From the NCBI RefSeq assembly GCF_039654945.1, contig NW_027361825.1, forward strand, positions 42,470,001 to 42,534,000: 64,000 nt of DNA. Direction: 5' to 3'. Numbering within the stretch: the first letter of the stretch is position 1; each line of letters opens with the position of its first letter. Positions 44,103-55,080 of the stretch are shown in pieces. Origin of the DNA: Dendrobates tinctorius (taxonomy: Eukaryota). Made by a program: the position numbers and the translations under genes. A model generated the notes under the pieces. That model was given only the letters and a program-made list of their open reading frames with translations, did not search any database and was not told the DNA's origin.

Positions 44103-45590
44103 TCATATAATGACAATATTTTCCACATTGTGAATTCCCTCGTGATACAGAAGATGTCTTTGGGTTGGGAACCTTTCGCCACACTCTGAACACGAAAATG
44201 GTTTTGACCTGACATGAATTCTTCTGTGAAGGAAAAAATTGAGATATGAGCGGAACCTTCTACCGCATTTAATGCATCCGAAACGTTTTGTTCCCAGGTG
44301 AATTCTCTGTAGCATCCCCGAAATGGTGATCATATATCCATCCTGACCGCAATGGGCGAGTTCTTTATACCTCGTCTGAACCATTTTGGTGGCAATAGGA
44401 CTAATCTTGGTGTAGATCAGATTTGATCTACTCTGAATACACGCAAAAATCCTCTGCCCTAAATGAATTTTTTCGTGTCTTCTGAGATTCGAGTGCCACA
44501 AAAATTTCCTACCACATTCTTGACATACCATCGGTTTCTCATTAGCGTGCACCTTCAGGTGCCTGGTGAGGTTCGATTTCCACCCGAAACATCTTCCGCA
44601 CGCGAGACATCTGAAGGGCTTCTCTTTCGAGTGAACCTTTTGATGACTGCGGAACTTAAATTTGCAGGTGAAGGTGACCCCACATTCTCCACACATGAGA
44701 GTTTTCCGCTTTTTATGGATTCGTTGATGCTTTTTCAGCTCCAAACAACTATTGAAATAATTTCCGCACTCTAAACAGGGAAACAGCTTGACCACCGTGT
44801 GGATCTCGTCGTTGCTCACGTAGTAGACGTTCTTGGTGAACAGTTCGGAACATTCATTGAGCATTCGGGTGTCCACGTTAGAGCTTGAAGGTGCGTTAAC
44901 TAAAAATGGTTTGCATCCTTTACCTCCGACGTGGACCCTTTGATGCCTCTTCAGATTAGAGTTCCAGCCGAAACGTTTCCCGCATTTCATACACTGGTAG
45001 GGTTTCTCACCAGAATGTGTCTTCAGGTGACTCTTCACCTTAGAACTTGAAGAGAACTGTTTTCCACATTCGGGACAGGAAAACGCTCCATGTGACGAGT
45101 GGAGCTTCTCGTGCTTCTTGAGTGACGTGATACACGAGAAGGTCTTTCCGCACTCGGGACAGGGAAATGGTCTGAGTTCAGTCTGGATTTCCTCCCAGGT
45201 GTCTCCATTAAGACATCTTGTGATCACATCTTCCTTCGTGTGAATCTTCAAATGTCTTTTAAGATTCGACTTCCAGTTAAAACTTTTCTCGCATTTCATA
45301 CAAGGAAATGGTCGCTCTCGTATGTGGGTTTTAAAATGGGCGTGAAGTTGGAAAATGGATGAGAAATACATTCCACATTCTGAACACTGAAGTGGTTCGC
45401 TTTTTGGCACGGGGTGAAATGAATAGTCATCATCGAGATCACGTGTAGGGGAGGCCTGCTCCGTTTTTATGCTGTGTGTCAGCTGATGGGAGATGCAGGA
45501 GGATTTGCTATTGAAGCTCTCACCACATTCATGACAGTGATATTTGTTTAATGACAGGTTTAGGGGGGCTGGAATTGAGTTTTCAGTCAT
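44103..45590 (-). CDS. C2H2 zinc finger protein, 495 aa, 12 intact fingers (XlCGF/XlCOF-like class), no KRAB
   Basis: Twelve C-x2-C-x12-H-x3-H motifs with HSGEKPY-type linkers in one exon; splice acceptor at 45719-45720; in-frame stop 14 codons upstream of the ATG. Confidence 0.9.
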   Translation of the reverse strand: MTENSIPAPLNLSLNKYHCHECGESFNSKSSCISHQLTHSIKTEQASPTRDLDDDYSFHPVPKSEPLQCSECGMYFSSIFQLHAHFKTHIRERPFPCMKCEKSFNWKSNLKRHLKIHTKEDVITRCLNGDTWEEIQTELRPFPCPECGKTFSCITSLKKHEKLHSSHGAFSCPECGKQFSSSSKVKSHLKTHSGEKPYQCMKCGKRFGWNSNLKRHQRVHVGGKGCKPFLVNAPSSSNVDTRMLNECSELFTKNVYYVSNDEIHTVVKLFPCLECGNYFNSCLELKKHQRIHKKRKTLMCGECGVTFTCKFKFRSHQKVHSKEKPFRCLACGRCFGWKSNLTRHLKVHANEKPMVCQECGRKFLWHSNLRRHEKIHLGQRIFACIQSRSNLIYTKISPIATKMVQTRYKELAHCGQDGYMITISGMLQRIHLGTKRFGCIKCGRRFRSYLNFFLHRRIHVRSKPFSCSECGERFPTQRHLLYHEGIHNVENIVII

Positions 45591-46085
45591 TTTTGATGGT
45601 CCAAAATATTTTTGAATGGAGCTGTTTGACTATCGTGGAGGATCAATGGTCCATATGAAATGTTGCCGACAGTAGGGAGAATTCGATGAGCTGCAGAAAA
45701 AACTGCGACCTCTTCAGGCTGATAGAAAAAGAAAAAAATAATTAGTATTTTACCATGCAGGAGCATAAAACCAATGGGACCTCCACCGATCCCCAGAATG
45801 TCTAAACTATGTGTATATCCAGTCCTCATATACATCTATTTTACATACGGTATGTATATCTCCTTCTCACACATTATATATCTCCAGTCCTCCTGCACAT
45901 GTAATATAGATATATATTACACACGCACACATTGTCCTCATATGCATCACTTTATGTATATATCCAGTCCTCATATACATCTATATCCAGATATATACAT
46001 AAATTAGATTATGTGAGGATGATGGGTGTGTATATATTATATATATATAGTCCTCCTGCACATCTATATTATAATATATATATAT

Positions 46086-46116
<31 letters not shown>

Positions 46117-46439
46117 TTTATCGTCCTCTCATGAATACTCTATATGTACAGTCCTCATAAGCATCCATTATATATATTATCACCACATTCTTCCATATTA
46201 TATATGCACACGTACGTGTCCGGTCCTCACATGCACCCATTCTATATGGCCAGTCCTCATACATCTATATAATATATAGTGTACTTATATACATGTAGAA
46301 TGGATGCATATATCCAGTCCTCATATACATTGTCCTCACAGCCCTCCATTCCACACGTATACATCCAATCCTCACAGCCTTCCATTATACACAGACATGC
46401 CCAGTGCTGGATACCTGGCTGCACAGAGGAGCAGCACTC

Positions 46440-46740
46440 ACATCTGCAGACCATCACTGCTCCCATCACTGCAGACGTCTCCTGTCACGCCACCCAAACT
46501 TCAATCACAACAAGCCAGCGTCTGCTCCTCGCTGAGGATCATGGGTCATGTAGTGCAGAAGAAAGCTAGACAGGACAGGCAGCGTGAGAACTACACTGCG
46601 CATGCGTGGAGACCGTCTGTGTCCCCGGCGCGTCTGCTTCCTGCGCACTGGTGACCTGCTTCCTGTTCTCCCGCCGCTGACCAATGACCACTGCATGGGA
46701 CAAATGGACTAAAGGAGCTGTGATGACGTCATGCTCATGT
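46440..46740 (-). promoter_or_regulatory. Probable promoter / non-coding first exon of the ZNF gene
   Basis: NRF1-like TGCGCATGCG (46597-46606), CCAAT (46681), CRE TGACGTCA (46724-46731), donor gtgagt at 46441-46436. Confidence 0.55.
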
Positions 46741-46839
46741 GATCTGGCTGGGGGCTGCTTTTGCATGGAAGAAATGGCCATATGTGGAGGATCTGCAGGA
46801 AAGTGGCAGCATTGGGAGCTGGAGGGGGCAGGCTGTGTG

Positions 46840-47790
46840 TGTAATAGAGACGTACATAGGGGGTAGGCTGTGTGTTATAGAGGGGTACATGAGGGGGCAG
46901 GTAGTGATAGAGGGGTACATATGGGGGGCAGGTAGGCAGTGTGTGATAGAGGGGTACATATGGGGGGCAGGCAGTGTGTGATAGAGGGGTACATGAGGGG
47001 GCAGGTAGTGATAGAGGGGTACATATGGGGGGCAGGTAGGCAGCGTGTGATAGAGGGGTACATATGGGGGGCAGGTAGTGATAGAGGGGTACATATGGGG
47101 GGCAGGCAGTGTGTGATAGAGGGGTACATGAGGGGGCAGGTAGTGATAGAGGGGTACATATGGGGGGCAGGTAGGCAGTGTGTGATAGAGGGGTACATAT
47201 GGGGGGCAGGTAGTGATAGAGGGGTACATATGGGGGGCAGGCAGTGTGTGATAGAGGGGTACATATGGGGGGCAGGTAGTGATAGAGGGGTACATATGGG
47301 GGGCAGGCAGTGTGTGATAGAGGGGTACATATGGGGGGCAGGTAGTGATAGAGGGGTACATATGGGGGGCAGGCAGTGTGTGATAGAGGGGTACATATGG
47401 GGGGCAGGTAGTGATAGAGGGGTACATATGGGGGGCAGGCAGTGTGTGATAGAGGGGTACATGAGGGGGCAGGTAGTGATAGAGGGGTACATATGGGGGG
47501 CAGGTAGGCAGTGTGTGATAGAGGGGTACATATGGGGGGCAGGCAGTGTGTGGTAGAGGAGTGCAGTGGGTGGGGGGGCAGTGTGTGTGTGAGACATGTG
47601 TACATAGGGGATCAGGCAGTGTGTGAGAGGGGTACAGTGGGTAGGGGACAGGTAGTGATAGAGAGGTACATGGGAGGGCAGTGTGTGTGTGAGACATGTG
47701 TACATAGGGGATCAGGCAGTGTGTGAGAGGGGTACAGTGGGTAGGGGACAGGTAGTATGTGATAGAGGTGTACATAGGGGGGCAGGGTGT
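46840..47790. repeat. G-rich minisatellite, 30-39 bp variant units (gtgatagaggggtacatatggggggcag...)
   Basis: Tandem units with higher-order alternation; degenerate at the right end. Confidence 0.95.
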
Positions 47791-47838
47791 TAGTGCCAGG
47801 ACATGCTTCAGCCTCCGCTCACACTGCTGTGACTGTAA

Positions 47839-49810
47839 TTATGGTGTTTGAACCTCTAGGTTCAAGCAACATACTGTCTGTAATCCGATTTCTTATATTT
47901 ATAGTGTTTGAAAAACCACTATATTGTAATCCGAACGCTGCTAACTTTTTATTATTCAGTTGATTTCCGCAATTAATACGGCCCGAACCGCTACACGCAC
48001 AGACTCCGTTGAGGTGTCGTTTCGAAGCCAGTGTCCATGAGAGGTGTGCTAAGTATTTTTCGTGTCGATCGGATTTGTGGTTTTTGCGCAATTTGCGTTT
48101 GAACGTTTTTTTTCCCCATCATTGGAATGCACTGTCTCAGTGCATTTGAATGGGAAAATTTTGCCATAGGAAAACATTGGGCAGTCGTGAGGCGATTCAA
48201 ATGGCAAGGGGTGGGTTGTTAGAGGCTAGAAGAGCTTGGGGGCAGGTTGGCAGAGGCGATTTATGAAGAGGTCACTCTGACCCCGTTTTAGTGATTTGGG
48301 GATATTTTTAAGTAATTTTTTACACAGTCAGCCTTTGGGGGGTGCCCTGATCCTATTGCACACACTTAAAATTAAATCTGTGAAAGTCAGACCCCGTTTT
48401 TCAGGGTATTTTTTCGTCGCAGTGCAATTTTAATGTGTGCATTAGCATCAGCTAAGGATTCCTCAGATTTTCCCGCAAAAAACGCATGCACCTGAGAGAG
48501 AATGGTCACCAAAATAGATTTAGAAGCCCAGTGCGCCAAACTGGCTCTTTAAGGGCCGACGCGCCAAAATGAGTCTTAAAGGGCTGGCGTGCCAAATCGA
48601 AAGCGGAGTCACCCCAGGCTCCAAATCGGAGTCTGATTGACCCCACCCACCAAATCGGACCCAGAGTGGCCCTGCCCACCAAATCAGACTCAGAGGGGCC
48701 GGGGCGCTCACAAAATCGGACTCTGAGGGGCCCTGCCCACCAAAACGGACCCTGAGGGGCCCCGCCCACCAAATTGGACCCAGAGGGGCTCCGCCCACCA
48801 AATCAGACCCTAAGGGGCCCCACCCACAAAATCAGACCCTGAGGGGCCCCTGCCACAAAATCGGATCCTGAGGGATCCCATCCACCAATTCAAGCCCTGA
48901 GGGGCCCCGCCCACCGAACGGACCCTGAGGGACCCTACCCACCAAATCAGACCCTGAGGGGTCCCGCCCACAAAATCGGACCCAGAGGGGCACCGCCAAC
49001 CAAATCGGACCCAGAGGGGCCCCGCCCACCAAATCGGACCCTGAGGGGCCCCACAGGCCAAAGTGGCCCCTAAGAAGCACCCACAGTTAAAACAGATCCT
49101 GAGTTGAAAGTCTTGCAGGGGCAGCAGGCAAGTCTCTCTTAAAGGGGCAGCCCGGGCACCATTTCAAAGCACTATCTGTACTTCCTTCAGGAAATACACA
49201 TCTAGTTTATTCTATTCCGCAATTAATGTGGCCTGAACCGCTCGACGCAGAGACCCCGTTCAGGCAGCGTTTTGAAGCCCTTGGTGGGGACGGGTGTGCT
49301 ATTTAATTTTGGAGTCAATCCGATTTGTAGTTTTTAAAAAAAAAAAAAATCATCGCAGTTGTCAGAGGCTGTCGGAGCCTGGGGGCAGGTTGTCAGAGGC
49401 TGGGGGCAGGTTGTTAGAGGCTGGAAGAGCCTGGGGGCAGGTTTTCAGAGTCTGGAAGTGCCTGGGGCAGGTTGTCAGAGGCTGTCGGAGCCTGAGGCAG
49501 GTTGTCAGAGGCGATCTGTGAAGAAAAGGTCACTCTGACCCCGGTTTTTGGGGTATTTTGGCATTGCAGTGCAATTTTCATGTGTGCAGTAGCATCAGCT
49601 AAGGATTAAAATCTGAGGAATCCTTAGCTGATGCTACTGCACACATTAACATTCAACTGCGATGAAAAAATACCCCGAAAAATGGGGTCTGATTGACTTT
49701 TTCATCACAGATTTAATTTTAAGTGTGTGCATTAGGATCAGGGCACCCCCCCAAGGGCTGACTGTGTAAAAAATATTACTTAAAAACAGCCCCAAATCAC
49801 TAGAATGGGG
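47839..49810 (+). mobile_element. Helentron-associated (HINE/DINE-1-like) non-autonomous element nested in a second copy
   Basis: Two 5' ends with hairpins (47839, 47899); sub-terminal inverted repeat atagtgtttgaaa / tttcaaagcactat (49162-49175); 3' hairpin at 49177-49198 followed by CTAGTTT. Confidence 0.5.
48505..49072. repeat. ~29-bp tandem repeat (cggaccctgaggggccccgcccaccaaat)
   Basis: About 18 diverged units inside the HINE-like element. Confidence 0.9.
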
Positions 49811-50827
49811 ATGTATAATGCATTCATATTCTAACTTTACTTTCTTACAGTCGACACCTGATACACTGCTGTAAAGCTGGCGGCGCTGTTCAATGCCCAT
49901 CTAGTTGCTATGTGCACACCTACATGACAAAGCCAGTGACTCCCATGAGAATCAAAGTTAATTTTCTCCTGGGTGCTGTACTTTGTGGCCGGGCACCTTC
50001 ATAGCACTATAAATCTGCAAATATGTGGTCAGCAAACTTGGAAGGTTTCTTTTAAAGGACAGTTACATGCTATCCATCAAATGGATTCCTCTTAGGTGCT
50101 AGTACAGAAGTGAAGCACACTGTGTACCCGCTCTTAAGGAATGTCTAGTCACAAGATATTGATCACTTAGGTCATCAATCCCAGATCACTGGGGTCCCGA
50201 CCACCACCCCACCACTACCATCATCAGTGTGTAGTGCCTGCTGCAGGATACTACAGAACGGCTACTATTATTTTACTACATTAGAAAATTGTGTGATAAT
50301 AAAAGCAACTGCAAGATAAAAGTTGGTATGTAGCATTGATGGACAGGTGGGACCACGTGTCTGAGCATCATTAAGCAGAACAGTCATTCCTATTAAAAAC
50401 AAAAATGTATTCAAGTGGGAAGAGGGACTGGGTGTATAGACAGGTGACCAGAAAAATGCCCACACGGAAAATTCCCCGCATGGATAGTTGCCCATACAGA
50501 AAATTGCCAATTGCAGCATCACAAAGTTTCAGATCTATGATATTTGAGGTGCAAGCTGAGGATGTTCACATTATATATGAAAAATGGCACAGAAAATTTC
50601 CCACAGAGATAAATACCCACAGGAAAACAGTAGAGAGTGATAGGTGAGATGCTCTGCAGCACAGAAGAACGTCGGCGAAAATTGCTCGCACAAAAAAATT
50701 ACCCACAAGTTTATTAAGAACAGTTTATTAACGAGGTCTAATAACAATAACTTCAGTTTATTAAACAATCATTGTACACCTGCAAATAATTAGCCACCTG
50801 GTAATAGTCCTGAACAGGAACAGTTTA

Positions 50828-53103
50828 TTAACTTCTTTCTGCCATTGGACGCAATAGTACATCCAATGTCAGATCCCTCGCTTTGATGAGGGATCCGGTG
50901 GTGAGTTTGCATTAAAGCCAGGACATGTCAGTTGTTTTCAACAAATGACATGTGCCTGCAATAGGCGCGGGTGGAATCGTGATCCACCCACACCTATTAA
51001 CTAGTTAAATCCCGCTGTCAAACGCTGACAGCGGGATTTAACCAACACTTCCGGCCGCCGGACCGGAAATGAGCGCATTGCTGACCCCCCCGGTCACGGG
51101 ATCGGGGTCAGTGATGTGTTGCCGTAACAACCTGAGGTCTCATGGAGACCTCTATGGTTGTTGATGAGTCATTGCTATGAGCACCACCCGGTGGTCGGCG
51201 CTCATAGCAATGCTGTAATTCTGCTACATATAGGCAATCTGCTCATCGCCTATATGTAGTGTATTCTTTCACTAAAAGACTTTGGTCTTATTGTGTTTAT
51301 TTAACCCTTGACTGACTCTAGGATTAGTAATGGATAGGTGTCTTATTGACATCTCTCCATTACTAATCCGGGCTTAATGTCACATTACAATAGAAAGGTG
51401 ACATTAACCCTTTATTACCCCACTTGCCACTGCTACAGGGCAAGAGGGAAGAACCGGGCAAAGCTCCAGAATAGGCACATCTAATAGATGCGCCTTTTCT
51501 GGGCAGCTGGGGGCTGCTGTTTTAGGCTGGGGGGGGGCCAAGATCAATGGCCCCTTACCAGCCTGAGAATATCAGCCCTAAGCTGTCAGCTTTAGTCAGG
51601 TTGGTTGTTAAAAATAGGGGGACCCCACGCCTTTTAAATTATTTACTTAAATAATTAAACAGTGTGGGAACCCCTCTATTCTTGAGAACCAACCTTGCTG
51701 AAGCTAGCAGCTGAGGGCTGCAGCCCCCAGCTGTAAGTTTCGTCTGGTTGGTTCACAAACTGAGGGGGACCCAACGTCGGGTTTTGATTCATTCTTCTCT
51801 CCTGCTCGCTGTTATTTAAATCGTTATTCCACTCCTAAATCCAAAACGACACCATCGTTCTCCTGTAAAAAAGTATAAAATAAGGAAACCAACAATATAC
51901 ATTACCTGTCCGGCGCTCAGTCACATCCCACAGCGCAATCTCTCTCGGGGGGTTAATCAGTTTACAGGCGGGGAGGTGCTAATGCGACCTCTCCGACTGT
52001 AAACTACTGGGGAATGAATGAAAGCAGAGAGCAGACTCAGTGATGAGCGGTGACGTCACTGAGCCTGTGTGCGCTGCTTCCCTTTCATTTCACAGTAGTT
52101 TACAGTCGGAACGGCCGCATTAGCACCGCTCCGCCTGTAAACTGATTAACCCCCCAAGATGGATTACGCCGTGGGACGTGACTGAGCGCCGGATAAGTAG
52201 TGTATATTGTTGGTTTCTTATTTTATACTTTTTTACAGGAGAACGATGGCGTCGTTTTGGATTTAGGAGTGGAATAAATATTTAAACAATGTGTGTAGTG
52301 TATTCTTTCATTAAGAGACTTTGTTCTTAATGTGTTTGTGTGTGTTTATTTAACCCTTGACTTACAATAGAAAGGTGACATTAACCCCTTATTACCCCAC
52401 TTGCCACCGCTATAGGGCAAATGGGAAGAACCGGACAAAGCTCCAGAATAGGCGCATCTAATAGATGCACCTTTTCTGGGCAGCTGGGGGCTGCTGTTTT
52501 TAGGCTGGGGGGGGGCAAGATCAATGGCCCCTTACAAGCCTGAGAATATCAGCTGTCAGGTTGGTTGTCAAAAATAGTGGGGACCCCACACCTTTTTTAA
52601 AATTATTTAAATAATTAAAAAACAGCGTGGGACCCCTCTATTCTTGAGAACCAACCTTGCTGAAGCTGACAGCTGAGGGCTGCAGCCTCCAGCTGTAAGT
52701 TTTGTCTGGTTGGTTCACAAACTGAGGGGGACCCCACGTCGGGTTTTCATTCTTCTCTCCTGCTCGCTGTTGCCGGCAGAGCAGGAGAGAATGACAGCTG
52801 CGTTCAGCACCAGCCGCAGGGGAACAGTGCTTACAGTAGAGCTTCTTCCCTGGCGGCCGTCCGTGAGCACAGAGGACAGTGTGAACTGTTCTCCATGTGC
52901 ACGTGTTCAGCACTTTTGCGGACTGTGCGCTCCTACAAACACTGACATGTCTCTGTGTTTTGCACACGGGTCGTGTGTTCGTGAAAACACACTGACATGT
53001 GCAGAGACACATTCATTTTAATGTGTCTACGTGTGTCAGTGTCTCCGGTACGTGAGGAAACTGTCACTACACGTACCGGAGCCACTGATGCGTGAAACCG
53101 GCC
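50828..53103. mobile_element. Composite of a piggyBac-like end and a rearranged fold-back (Harbinger-like) MITE
   Basis: Inverted arms of ~240 bp centred near 52049; direct repeat 51258-51810 vs 52297-52770; right end gtgaaaccggcc. Confidence 0.6.
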
Positions 53104-55080
53104 TGATTCAGGGCCTCATACTTTCACTTTTTTTTTTTTTTTTTTTTTTTTTATCTCAAGGCGACCTGCCTGTGCATTAGCCAGTGTTAATTTGTGGCAA
53201 GCTAGGTCCTTCTGCAATCCATCAAAGAGAAACCACAAACTGGGATGACTGCAGTGGAACACTATCTCACCCTGTCTCCCGTCACTCCCTGCGCGGAGTA
53301 TACTTGTTAATAAATCTGTTAACTCTTGATCTGTCTCCTACTGTGACGACATACCGCGTTCCTGCGATTACTTCAGTTCTAATAATAATTCCACTCTCAG
53401 TATGGTGTGTATTGGCCTAGAGACCCTTATTCAAATCCATTCTGCATTTTCTTTCATCCTATGCCTGCCTACACCTGCAGTATATGTGTATGATACATAA
53501 CTCTGTAGGCTCTGTTCACTCTTACTCTTGGTAGTCATAAGTGGACAGGGAAGGAGGTGCAGGCGCCAGCTTCACTGTCACTGAAATCAATGGGAGAGCG
53601 GCGCTGCTATGGCACTTCCACCTCGTCTGTTGGTCAGTGACATCACTATGGGGACACACCGGTCAGTGGGTGCTCTTTTCTGCTGGCCTGGCTGTCTTTC
53701 GAGAGCCTGCAAGAACCAGGGCTCATCCCACTGAACGCCCAAACTTGATACCCGTGGGTAGAACACCACTCAGACAACACAGGGTGAGGGGAACACATGG
53801 TGAGGGGAACACACATTGGTAAGACTATAAGCGAGCAGAAAAAAAAACAAAAAAAAAAAACAGGTGTAACGACTGTGTTCGCAGGGATCAAGGCCTTGAC
53901 AAGGCACGGGAGTACAAATGAGTATGCAGATCCAGCAGAAGCACGCAAGACGCAGATCCAGATGACATGCATCATGTTGCAGAGACCAGTCGGGTCTCTA
54001 CACTGCGATACATGCTGCCGTCGCAGTGGCTGTGAGCTAACGTCGGAGGTGCAGCCACAGGGAGCTGCACATGACAATGGCGCACACTCCGATGTCAGCT
54101 GTCGGGCTGTGCAATGGCTACAAAAGACAGGGTGAGATGGGAGCAGAGGAAAGGTGAGAATGTTTTTGTTTTTAATTATGCATTAGGGGCAGAACAGGGA
54201 CACATACACTAGGATTGGAGACCATGTAAACCAGGATGGGGACATATATACCAGAAAGGGGGCTTATATATCAGGATGGAGACCATGTGGACCATATATA
54301 CCAGGATGGGGAGCATATATACCAGCATTAGGACATATATACCAGGATGATGGGCATATATACCAGGATGGGGACAATTCATAAGTCTTTATAGAATTTA
54401 GAATGCAAGAGGGGGCCATACATCTGACGTGTGTGTGTGTGTGTGTCAGGTCCAAATTTTGCACAGGGGCCCATCGGACTCCAGTTACACCACTGCAAAA
54501 ACATACACTCTCAGCAAGAAAACAAGTTGGTAAAAGAGACAGAATCTCACCTTTCTGCTGTGCCTTCTGGGCTTCCAGGAACAACTATCTCTGGCAGCAG
54601 CACCCTGCTTTTGGTGGGCTCCAACTGAGATGATAATGTACTAGGGTATGTGCACACGTTGCGGATTTTGATGCTTTTCCGCAGCGTTTTTGGACACACG
54701 GAATTGCATTAAATCCGTAGTGCATCCAATGATAATGAATGGGAAATGCAAAAACGCTGTGCGGAATCACAGCGGTTTATTTTCCGCAGCATGTCAATTG
54801 TTTTTGCAGATCCGCAGCTGTGGTTTCCATTCTGGCACATACAAAAAAAACCTGTCTCTCTCGCCAGAGTCTCTAAAGGATCTCCCAGACTTCCAACAGC
54901 TCAATGCCGAATGAGACTGCACCATGCGTGACATTGTGGACAAAACAGAAGCAAAAAAAAATAAAAAAATTGCACAAATGTCAGAAGTGGAAATCGCACA
55001 GATCCATGTCTGCTAGGAGCTCAAAGCACCCAGTCAAACTCATCTAGGTACTCAACCCTCAGTGAGAAATTCAAAAGAGC

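Noticed and set aside
45587-45835. Upstream frame whose stop overlaps the ZNF ATG, read as a frameshifted N-terminus
   Set aside because: No recognisable domain, and the likely first-exon donor gives no open phase-0 frame into it; treated as 5'UTR.
46709-47775. Long Pro/His/Cys-rich ORFs
   Set aside because: Translations of a minisatellite.
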